IMG/VR virus record: IMGVR_UViG_3300031963_000016
Span: 97,712-161,711 of that record
DNA length: 64,000 nucleotides
Origin: a virus
Reading direction: 5' to 3' (one strand)
Both the position numbers and the translations under genes were made by a program. Each line of letters begins with the position of its first letter. Position 1 is the first letter of the stretch. This document shows positions 30,107 through 37,789 of this stretch, piece after piece. The notes under the pieces were generated by a model. It was not told the DNA's origin. It saw nothing but the letters and a program-made list of their open reading frames with translations, and made no database searches.

Positions 30107-30480
30107 CACCTTTTGACTTTATTAATGCAATAAATTTCACTAAACAAAATCTATTCGAAGATCCTCTTGCCCCTAAAGATTATGTTCCCTTTATTGTTAA
30201 TAGAGGGTTGTCATATTTTCCAGATACTGTTCTCTATGCGAATGAGATGAATCGTATTTCTGGGACTCCACCAGAATGGCAGTTTTCCTTTTTCCTAAAT
30301 ACTATTACAAAGAAAAAAAGATTCAGTAAATGGGCTAAGAAAGAAGCCGAAACTGAGTCTTTATTGTTTGTGAAAGAGTATTTTGGGTATTCCTCTGAGA
30401 AGGCTAAGGAAGCACTAAATATCCTTAGCGAGGAACAATTGGCCATTATAAAAGAAAAATTATATAAAGGTGGAAAATGA
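30103..30480 (+). CDS. gp62: Clamp loader small subunit
   Basis: YVPFIVNRGLSYFPDT, KKKRFSKW, EYFGYSSEKA. Confidence 0.92.
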   Translation: MTPFDFINAINFTKQNLFEDPLAPKDYVPFIVNRGLSYFPDTVLYANEMNRISGTPPEWQFSFFLNTITKKKRFSKWAKKEAETESLLFVKEYFGYSSEKAKEALNILSEEQLAIIKEKLYKGGK

Positions 30481-30902
30481 CTGTTGAGATGATTTATTAT
30501 GACTGGACGCCTGAGTCAATGCTTGAAGTGAGTCTGCCCGAGCCAGATAACTTCCTAAAAGTTAGAGAAACACTAACACGCATCGGCATCGCCTCCAGAA
30601 AAGAAAACAAATTATATCAATCCTGTCACATTTTACATAAACAGGGTAGATACTTTATTGTCCATTTTAAAGAACTCTTTGCTCTAGATGGGAAAGAGTC
30701 TAATATTACAAATGGAGATATCGAGAGAAGAAACGCTATTGCTGGATTGCTACAAGACTGGGAATTGTTAAAAATCCTTAGTCCATCCCAAGCAGAACAG
30801 AAAGCGTCTTTGTCTCAGATTAAGGTGGTCTCATATAAAGAAAAAGACCAGTGGGAATTAGTTCCAAAATATAATATAGGAAAAAAGGTGAAAAATGATT
30901 AA
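30477..30902 (+). CDS. regA: Translational repressor RegA
   Basis: DNFLKVRETLTRIGIAS, LYQSCHILHKQGRYFIVHFKELF. Confidence 0.96.
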   Translation: MTVEMIYYDWTPESMLEVSLPEPDNFLKVRETLTRIGIASRKENKLYQSCHILHKQGRYFIVHFKELFALDGKESNITNGDIERRNAIAGLLQDWELLKILSPSQAEQKASLSQIKVVSYKEKDQWELVPKYNIGKKVKND

Positions 30903-31074
30903 ACTTGAATTGTCTGTTGAAGAGATTAATATGATTCTTCGTACACTTGGTAAACACCCATTTGAAGAAGTTGTACTGCTTATTAATAAAATTAAGCAGC
31001 AAGGCGAACCACAAGTTGCGGAAATGGTAAAGCAACAGCAAAGCCAAGAAGCAGAGAAGACCCCTGCAGCATAA
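30895..31074 (+). CDS. Small hypothetical protein (59 aa), not in ORF track
   Basis: SD AAGGTG; MIKLELSVEEINMILRTLGKHPFEEV...TPAA*. Confidence 0.65.
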   Translation: MIKLELSVEEINMILRTLGKHPFEEVVLLINKIKQQGEPQVAEMVKQQQSQEAEKTPAA

Positions 31075-31210
31075 ATAGATTAGTCCCATTCGGGATGGGA
31101 AATGGCTCGGTGGAGCCAAACCGAGTATTCTGGTAAATCCACCAACTAACCCTCTATCGCCATCTGGGATAGAGAATTACAATTATCTCGCTTAATAGGA
31201 GAACTATATG
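31071..31210 (+). promoter_or_regulatory. Late promoter plus structured 5' UTR resembling a ROSE RNA thermometer
   Basis: ATAAATA 31071; hairpins 31084-31100, 31103-31118, 31152-31174; SD hairpin TCTC-G-CT-TAAT-AG-GAGA 31186-31202 containing UCGCU with bulged G. Confidence 0.6.
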
Positions 31211-31432
31211 TTACAAGCAATCAACACAACTATTGACACCATTCAAGGTGCAAAATCTTCTTTCGTCAAGACATTCGTTCAAGACAAAGATATCGCTAAA
31301 TCTCTTCAAGACTTCGTTGACGCACAAACTACATTCGCAAAGACTGTAGCAAAAAGTACTTTCGATATCGGAACTAAAGTTGCTGAAGAAGCAGTTAAGT
31401 TCGATGTAAAGAAAGTATTCGCAACCAAGTAA
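31208..31432 (+). CDS. Small amphipathic helical protein (phasin-like?)
   Basis: 74 aa, Thr/Ala/Lys-rich predicted amphipathic helices; strong SD. Confidence 0.55.
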   Translation: MLQAINTTIDTIQGAKSSFVKTFVQDKDIAKSLQDFVDAQTTFAKTVAKSTFDIGTKVAEEAVKFDVKKVFATK

Positions 31433-31442
31433 GGAGATAGCC

Positions 31443-31964
31443 ATGACTTTAATTCCAACAGTCTTCAAAGACTTCGACAAACTATTTGTTGGTTTCGATG
31501 ATCAGTGGAATCGCATGGCAAAACTCCATGACGAGATCACAAAAAATATTCCAAACTATCCACCATACAATATCTACAAGTCTGACGAAAACAAGTATGT
31601 CATTGAATTGGCAGTCGCTGGTTTCGGTAAACAAGATGTAGAGATTACACTTGATGGCGACAAACTAATTGTCAAAGGTGAAACGAAAGATGACACCCAA
31701 GCATTTCTATACAAAGGAATTGCAACTCGTGCATTTACTCGTAGTTTCGTAGTTGATGATCAAGTAGTTGTTAATGGTGCTCAGATGATTAATGGTATGC
31801 TTAAAATCTTTTTGGAGCGTTTAGTTCCAACGCATAAGCAGCCGAAGAAAATCGACATCTCTGATGAAGGTATTTCTGTCTCTGAATTTGCAGCTAATAA
31901 TCTTACGCCAGTTGAACCAGAATTGTTATTGGAAAAGAAAGCAGCAAAGAAGAAATCATCATGA
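31443..31964 (+). CDS. hsp20: Small heat-shock protein (IbpA/Hsp20)
   Basis: NYPPYNI, IELAVAGF, YKGIATRAFTRSF, NGMLKIFL. Confidence 0.95.
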   Translation: MTLIPTVFKDFDKLFVGFDDQWNRMAKLHDEITKNIPNYPPYNIYKSDENKYVIELAVAGFGKQDVEITLDGDKLIVKGETKDDTQAFLYKGIATRAFTRSFVVDDQVVVNGAQMINGMLKIFLERLVPTHKQPKKIDISDEGISVSEFAANNLTPVEPELLLEKKAAKKKSS

Positions 31965-32095
31965 AGAAAATTTTAAGAGGAGTCTATATTTTCTTCAAAG
32001 GTATTGGTTACGCTAGAGCAGCATCTGTTCAAGCAAGAATGGGAAACCATAAGAAGGCAGTAGAACTTATGGAAGAATTTTCTAAGTGTAAGTAA
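31961..32095 (+). CDS. Small hypothetical protein (44 aa)
   Basis: ATGA overlap with hsp20; MKKILRGVYIFFKGIGYARAAS...KCK*. Confidence 0.5.
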   Translation: MKKILRGVYIFFKGIGYARAASVQARMGNHKKAVELMEEFSKCK

Positions 32096-32114
32096 CCTTA
32101 CTACGTCGTAATAG

Positions 32115-32143
32115 TTAGGGAGAGTTTCGGCTCTCCCTAAATA
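32115..32143 (+). terminator. UUCG hairpin overlapping a late promoter
   Basis: TTAGGGAGAG-T-TTCG-G-CTCTCCCTAA; CTAAATA at 32137; no clear U-tract. Confidence 0.55.
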
Positions 32144-32148
32144 CTATT

Positions 32149-32355
32149 ATGATGAAAGCAAAGATATCTCCAAACCTTATCTCATTCGTCACTGTTCGTC
32201 GTGGTGAGTGGATATTAAAAGTTTCTGTCTTTAAAGCCAGAACTATCATGGTTGTTGCACATCATTGTTATGATCTAGAAACTTTAATGATTCGTTATTT
32301 CACTGATCAACATGAAGCAGCAGATTTTATTGAAAATTTAGTCACTCAGGAATAA
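32149..32355 (+). CDS. Hypothetical protein
   Basis: 68-aa ORF after the late promoter. Confidence 0.6.
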   Translation: MMKAKISPNLISFVTVRRGEWILKVSVFKARTIMVVAHHCYDLETLMIRYFTDQHEAADFIENLVTQE

Positions 32356-32357
32356 TT

Positions 32358-32651
32358 ATGGCAAACATTCGTGTATTTAAATTGATTAGTGGTGAAGAAC
32401 TTATTGGAGAAATTTTTAACTCATACGAAACATCTTTAGAGTTAAAAGCACCAGCAACAATTATGATGCAGCAAACTCAAACTGGAGTCGGGCTGGCTCT
32501 TATTCCTTACATGCCATATTCGGTCGGCAATATCACTTTATCTCGATCTGCAATTGCAGCTGAAGCAAAGGCTGACATTAAAATGGTGAATGAGTACAAT
32601 CGTATTTTTGGGTCGGGAATCGAAATCGTCCCTGCATCTGCTCTTAAGTAA
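32358..32651 (+). CDS. Conserved T4-like hypothetical (Sm-like fold candidate)
   Basis: FKLISGEELIG, EYNRIFGSGI. Confidence 0.7.
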   Translation: MANIRVFKLISGEELIGEIFNSYETSLELKAPATIMMQQTQTGVGLALIPYMPYSVGNITLSRSAIAAEAKADIKMVNEYNRIFGSGIEIVPASALK

Positions 32652-32777
32652 GTAAGTACTAACTTACTTACGAGAATCCTCCCTCCAAACCCTCTAGACT
32701 AGCCGCAATAATAACCCTACCATCGGTAGGGTTTTTTGCATTTAGTTGTTGTCTTTAATTGCAATTTAAGGAATAAT
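32648..32777 (+). promoter_or_regulatory. Composite early promoter: GTAAGT palindrome + CCC-N11-GGG box + TTGTCT/AATAAT
   Basis: GTAAGTAAGT-ACTA-ACTTACTTAC 32648-32671; AACCC-N11-GGGTT 32713-32733; -35 at 32749, -10 at 32772. Confidence 0.75.
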
Positions 32778-32808
32778 AGACTCTATTATGATGAAGAAAG
32801 GAAATGAA

Positions 32809-33129
32809 ATGAGCAAGATGTCTACTTACCTAGTTTATCAACTCCCCTTTGAAAATGAAAACAGTCGTGATCTGTATTTCATGAACGAAATTCAGATCGA
32901 AGAAATTTCTGATCAATTCGAATTGGTGGCTCGTGTTGATGCTCGATCGATGGATGAAGTTTTCCGAATCGCTAACTTTGTTTGCGAAGAAGATGCAAGT
33001 CTGATCGAAGTTGTTGGTAAGATGCATAGTCTTAGTGTTGGTGACATTGTCTGTAATCTAGACACTGATGAGTCTTTTGTTTGTGCCAGCTTTGGTTGGA
33101 AGAAAATTAACATGAAGGAGTCTGTATAA
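32809..33129 (+). CDS. YodL-like protein
   Basis: MDEVFRIAN...MHSLSVGDIV...FVCASFGW resembles the YodL HSLSVSD...SFGF signature; start uncertain (32788-32818). Confidence 0.55.
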   Translation: MSKMSTYLVYQLPFENENSRDLYFMNEIQIEEISDQFELVARVDARSMDEVFRIANFVCEEDASLIEVVGKMHSLSVGDIVCNLDTDESFVCASFGWKKINMKESV

Positions 33130-33377
33130 TGAAACTGAGTCAAAAGAAACAGGTGAAAGTTGCGACTATTTACAATCGTTCTGTGCAAACTAAGGCAGAG
33201 ATCCGTGAAGAATCTGAGAAGGCATTGAAGGCATTCTTGAAGAAGGGTGGAGTTATCGAAACTGGTAAACCTGCTCGTGTTCGCAAGTCTAAGATGGCTG
33301 CAAAGTCTTCTCGTGGATTTGTTTCTGGCACAAATGGGTTTGCAACTGGATATCCACGTCGTACGATAGGTGCATAA
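33129..33377 (+). CDS. Basic hypothetical protein
   Basis: Coupled ORF, Lys/Arg-rich. Confidence 0.65.
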   Translation: MKLSQKKQVKVATIYNRSVQTKAEIREESEKALKAFLKKGGVIETGKPARVRKSKMAAKSSRGFVSGTNGFATGYPRRTIGA

Positions 33378-33382
33378 AAGAC

Positions 33383-33411
33383 TTGTCTTTAATTGCAACT
33401 TAGTGTATAAT
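33383..33411 (+). promoter_or_regulatory. Early promoter
   Basis: TTGTCT-TTAATTGCAACTTAGTG-TATAAT. Confidence 0.8.
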
Positions 33412-33435
33412 AATCTTATTATGATGGAGAATGTG

Positions 33436-33801
33436 ATGAAAACTTGGGAAGAATTGAGTCGTAAAGAACAGTTGGCTGCAACTCACTATGACTTCTACAA
33501 AGATGTTCATGGTGTTCGTCCTCGCTGGATGAATTACGAATCAATGACTGAGCAAGAACTCGAGCAAGAGTTGGATGCACTCAGCAAGCAAGCTGAGATC
33601 GTCTTCGCTGAAGAGAAGAAGATGCAGGAAGAATCCATCGCCAAATTCGAACAGCATGTCACCAATACCATCTGCATGGGGGCGAAAGATCGTGCCACTG
33701 CACTTCGCTGGATCATGGATGCCAGTCAAGCTGATGGCGACTGGGAATACTTCTGTTTTCTCAATGGTCTGCCCTATGGTTACTTTAAGGACGCAGCATG
33801 A
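33436..33801 (+). CDS. Hypothetical early protein
   Basis: SD GGAGA; YDFYKDVHGVRPRW motif. Confidence 0.75.
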   Translation: MKTWEELSRKEQLAATHYDFYKDVHGVRPRWMNYESMTEQELEQELDALSKQAEIVFAEEKKMQEESIAKFEQHVTNTICMGAKDRATALRWIMDASQADGDWEYFCFLNGLPYGYFKDAA

Positions 33802-34145
33802 TCCTCGCTAAAGAGATCACTGTATGGCAGGTTGATTATCGTCAACCGAATCATACATACCTCATGAATGATTCAATGGATAAAATCATTGGATACTTTA
33901 AGTGGAACAATCCACAAGACTTCATGAAGTTTAAGAAACCACTTATGTTTGATACACGCTATCGTAAATTCAAAATTCTTCAGCGTTATGAAGACAAATC
34001 AAATACTAAACGATGGAAGATTAATGGAAGTAAAGACCACGTGTATTATGTCGAAGAAACAGATAATGGTATGACATGCACATGTATCGGTTTTAAATAT
34101 CATGGCAAATGTAAACACATTGAACAGGTAAACAATGAACATTAA
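33798..34145 (+). CDS. SWIM zinc-finger protein
   Basis: CTCIGFKYHGKCKHI. Confidence 0.8.
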   Translation: MILAKEITVWQVDYRQPNHTYLMNDSMDKIIGYFKWNNPQDFMKFKKPLMFDTRYRKFKILQRYEDKSNTKRWKINGSKDHVYYVEETDNGMTCTCIGFKYHGKCKHIEQVNNEH

Positions 34146-35439
34146 TTCTTTTCTCGATAGCCTAGCAAGCAACAATTCCCGCAACTTCAAGATCGAGCAA
34201 CTAAACGCACACAGCGATAACGAAGTGCTACGAGATGTTGTTCGCTTGGCTCTCGATCCCTTTACGCAATTCTATCAGCGTAAGATCCCGCAGTATGTTA
34301 CTGACAAACAACAAACTTCTTTGGAGAATGCACTTGGAGCACTTTATGATCTATCTTCTCGCACTGTTACAGGTAATGCAGCAATCGAATATCTACGCAT
34401 GTTGCTCTCATCTCTATCACCAGATGATGCTAAAGTTATCGAACGAATCATTCAGAAAGATCTGAAGTGTGGTGTTGATGTATCCACTGCCAATAAAGTT
34501 TGGAGTGGATTGATTGCTGAGTACCCATGCATGTTGTGTAGCCCATTTGAACAGAAGCTGGTTGATAAGATTAAATTCCCAGCCTATGCTCAAATGAAGA
34601 TGGATGGTATGCGATTCAATGCTATCGTCAGAGATGGTAAAGTAGAATTCCGTAGCCGAAATGGTAAACAGATTCATCTACTGGGTAATCTGGAGAAAGA
34701 GTTTGCTGCATTGGCAGGTAGTATCGATTGTGTATTTGATGGTGAGTTATTGGTTATGTTTGATGGTGACCATCAGTTTGCAGATCGTCAGACTGGCAAT
34801 GGCATTCTCAATAAAGCAAACAAAGGAACAATCTCTGCCAAAGAAGCATCATTGGTTCATGCATCTGTTTGGGATCTAATTCCCTATGTTATGTTTGAAA
34901 CAGGACATTGTTCAACTCCATACTCAAAAAGATTTTCTACTTTGGAACAAATTGTAAACAAGCAGAAGTCTGGGGGTAAAAAGATTTGGACTGTGTCATC
35001 TACAATTGTAGAAACACTAGATCAAGCACAGGAGATCTTTCAAGAATATCTGTCTCTTGGTTATGAGGGCATCATTCTTAAAGATGGTAGTGGTGTTTGG
35101 GAAGATAAACGAAGCAAGACTCAGATCAAATTTAAAGGTGAATTGGAATGTGACTTGAAAATTGTTGCAGTTGAAGAGGGTAAAGGTAAAGCTGCAGGAA
35201 TGCTTGGTGCAATTATCTGCGAGTCAGCAGATGGAATTGTAAAAGTAAATGTTGGATCTGGATTTACAGATTCTCACAGAAAGCAATATTGGAAAGAAGA
35301 TTTAATTGACAAAATTGTCGCAGTGAAGTATAATAGTAGAATCAAAAACAAAAATGGAGAAGAGTCTTTGTTTCTTCCTGTGTTCATCGAACTGCGAGAT
35401 GACAAGGATGTTGCAGATAACTCTAAGGTGATCAAATGA
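34135..35439 (+). CDS. gp30: ATP-dependent DNA ligase
   Basis: QMKMDGMR, VFDGEL, YEGIILK, NVGSGF, FLPVF. Confidence 0.96.
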   Translation: MNINSFLDSLASNNSRNFKIEQLNAHSDNEVLRDVVRLALDPFTQFYQRKIPQYVTDKQQTSLENALGALYDLSSRTVTGNAAIEYLRMLLSSLSPDDAKVIERIIQKDLKCGVDVSTANKVWSGLIAEYPCMLCSPFEQKLVDKIKFPAYAQMKMDGMRFNAIVRDGKVEFRSRNGKQIHLLGNLEKEFAALAGSIDCVFDGELLVMFDGDHQFADRQTGNGILNKANKGTISAKEASLVHASVWDLIPYVMFETGHCSTPYSKRFSTLEQIVNKQKSGGKKIWTVSSTIVETLDQAQEIFQEYLSLGYEGIILKDGSGVWEDKRSKTQIKFKGELECDLKIVAVEEGKGKAAGMLGAIICESADGIVKVNVGSGFTDSHRKQYWKEDLIDKIVAVKYNSRIKNKNGEESLFLPVFIELRDDKDVADNSKVIK

Positions 35440-35663
35440 TTCTTGAAAGTAGATTAAGTCAGAAAAGATTTTTCAATCCGAAATCTAAAGAAGATATGAA
35501 ACTTGTAAAGTATTTCTTTAAGAACCACTCTTGGGGAAAACAAGCATGTCCTTTTTTCTTGGAATTTCCATATAGTAGTATTCCTGATATGTTAAAGGAT
35601 AAGATTATTCACGAAACATTTGGGATTAGTTTTGATAGATTCCACCACGTTTGGGGAGATTGA
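35436..35663 (+). CDS. Hypothetical protein
   Basis: Coupled ORF. Confidence 0.6.
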   Translation: MILESRLSQKRFFNPKSKEDMKLVKYFFKNHSWGKQACPFFLEFPYSSIPDMLKDKIIHETFGISFDRFHHVWGD

Positions 35664-35664
35664 A

Positions 35665-36015
35665 ATGAAAGTTGTTATTAATCGTTGTTATGGTGGTTTC
35701 GGTCTTTCGCACGAAGGTGTTCTGCGATATGCTGAACTTAAAGGTATGAATCTTGTTGTTGAAGAGAAAGAATCTTCATTTAACAGATACGACTATTATG
35801 TCGATGAAGTTAAGAAAGAAAACTTCTGGTATGATAGCATGATCGAAGATCGTTCTGACTCTGCTCTTGTTCAAGTTGTTGAAGAACTTGGAGAGAAAGC
35901 AAATGGCTGGGCTGCAGAATTGGCAGTGGTAGATATTCCTGATGATGTAGAATGGTATGTTGAGGAATATGATGGTATTGAATGGGTGGCAGAAGTACAT
36001 CGTACTTGGAGGTAG
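35665..36015 (+). CDS. Conserved phage hypothetical protein
   Basis: MKVVINRCYGGFGLS...LVQVVEELG...IEEYDGxE-like motif. Confidence 0.75.
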   Translation: MKVVINRCYGGFGLSHEGVLRYAELKGMNLVVEEKESSFNRYDYYVDEVKKENFWYDSMIEDRSDSALVQVVEELGEKANGWAAELAVVDIPDDVEWYVEEYDGIEWVAEVHRTWR

Positions 36016-36017
36016 TT

Positions 36018-36545
36018 GTGCGTAAAGAACTTGATGAAGCACTCTGTGCAAAGTATCCACTGATCTTTTCAGATCGAAACAAACCTATGACTGAAACAGC
36101 CATGTGCTGGGGTTTCAGTTGTGGGGATGGTTGGTATAATATCATTGACACTCTTTGTGCTCTTTTGACTAGCGATTATCGTCAAGCACAAGATCGTTAT
36201 GAATCTATTAAAGATAAAGTTGGACAACCACAGTGGCAAGGTAGTACGAAAATCATCACTCAAGAAATGATTGATGTAGCCAAAACTAAACTCGATGAAG
36301 AAACCAAGAAAGTGCCTGTCGCTGTCCAAGTTAAAGAGAAGTTTGGTGGTCTACGATTTTATGTGCATGCTGCTACAGATAAACACTACAACTACATTAA
36401 CTTTGCAGAGAGTATGAGTTATCGTACATGCGAGGAATGTGGTGCTCCAGGAAAACGATACACTGATGGTTGGCATCGTGTCCTGTGTGATGTGCATGCA
36501 GACATGGAAGGACGCAGTGATCAAATTGAAGAGGATGACGAATAA
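36018..36545 (+). CDS. Conserved phage hypothetical protein
   Basis: GTG start after GGAGG; CGDGWYNII, QVKEKFGGLRFY, CEECG. Confidence 0.75.
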   Translation: MRKELDEALCAKYPLIFSDRNKPMTETAMCWGFSCGDGWYNIIDTLCALLTSDYRQAQDRYESIKDKVGQPQWQGSTKIITQEMIDVAKTKLDEETKKVPVAVQVKEKFGGLRFYVHAATDKHYNYINFAESMSYRTCEECGAPGKRYTDGWHRVLCDVHADMEGRSDQIEEDDE

Positions 36546-36904
36546 TGTTTTACGGCAGAGAATCAATTAGCGATCGTGTTGAATATATCCGTGGACTGAT
36601 GACTGGTGTAGTAACTATTCCTGCTCCAAACTATATTCATGGTCGAAACTGGACTGATGAGTTGCGTGTTAAAAATGGATACACGAAACTCGAAGATGAT
36701 TCTTGGGCGACTGTGATTGACTGTCAGGAATATCTTAACAAGATGGAAAAAGATATGCTTGAAGTCTATGACAACTACCAAGATTCTTTGAGTAAGAATT
36801 CACTACTCGTACAAAAGAATCGTGAAATGGAATATGGTCTGCGTGTCGCAGGAAAAGCGTTAGAGAAGTCACTTGCTATTACTAAGGAGATGATCGATGA
36901 GTAA
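36545..36904 (+). CDS. Hypothetical protein
   Basis: Coupled ORF. Confidence 0.65.
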   Translation: MFYGRESISDRVEYIRGLMTGVVTIPAPNYIHGRNWTDELRVKNGYTKLEDDSWATVIDCQEYLNKMEKDMLEVYDNYQDSLSKNSLLVQKNREMEYGLRVAGKALEKSLAITKEMIDE

Positions 36905-37220
36905 GTTTGTTTTGGTTGAAACTATCTCTCAATATCGCATGCGTTATGTTATTGAAGTACCTGATGATCATAATGATCGTGAGGTTCCATGCACTGCTAT
37001 TCAGTGGGCAGAAGACACTGTTACAATGGAAGAGATGAAAGAGTTTTCTCAGAAGTGGCTTGGTGAAGTTATCGCAACTTCTCGTGAAGTTGATCGTGAT
37101 GAGATTCTTCGAATGGTGAACGAAGACAATGATTACTGTAATGGTAAGTATGGAACACCATGGTCAGATGAACAAAAGATAGAAACTTTCGTTACACCAA
37201 TCGGATATAAAGGTGATTGA
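36897..37220 (+). CDS. Hypothetical protein
   Basis: Coupled ORF with SD. Confidence 0.65.
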   Translation: MSKFVLVETISQYRMRYVIEVPDDHNDREVPCTAIQWAEDTVTMEEMKEFSQKWLGEVIATSREVDRDEILRMVNEDNDYCNGKYGTPWSDEQKIETFVTPIGYKGD

Positions 37221-37789
37221 TGTTTATTTTTGATGTAGAAACTCTTGGTGTAGAATCTAATGCTGTCGTTCTATCGGCAGCATTGATTCATTTTGACCCA
37301 GAGAAACGACCAACATATCAAGACTTGCTTGATGACGCATGCTTTGTTAAGTTCAATGTACAACATCAAGTTGATGCTGGAAGAACTATGAGTAAATCTA
37401 CTCTTGACTGGTGGAAGGAACAGCATCGTTATGTTAAAGAAGTTAGTCTGCATCCTTCCAGAGATGATGTGAGTATGAAAACTGGAATTAAAATATTGCA
37501 TGAATATATGGCAAAGTTTCCAAATGCAGAAAAGCAAACTATGTGGGCGAGGGGTTCATTGGATCAATTAGCAATAGACTCACTAGCAGTGCAAGTTGGC
37601 ATGCAAGAAATTACAGGGTATAATATGTGGCGTGATGTTCGAACTGCAGTCGATATTCTCTACGGTACTACTAATGGCTATGTAGATATAGACCATCCTC
37701 TCTTCAAACGACATGAAGTTATCAAGCACCATCCTGTTCACGACTGCGCACTGGACGCAATGCAACTAATGTATGGAAAAGCAACTTAA
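37217..37789 (+). CDS. dexA: DEDD 3'-5' exonuclease (DexA-like)
   Basis: IFDVETLG, WARGSLD, RDVRT, HHPVHDCALD. Confidence 0.8.
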   Translation: MMFIFDVETLGVESNAVVLSAALIHFDPEKRPTYQDLLDDACFVKFNVQHQVDAGRTMSKSTLDWWKEQHRYVKEVSLHPSRDDVSMKTGIKILHEYMAKFPNAEKQTMWARGSLDQLAIDSLAVQVGMQEITGYNMWRDVRTAVDILYGTTNGYVDIDHPLFKRHEVIKHHPVHDCALDAMQLMYGKAT

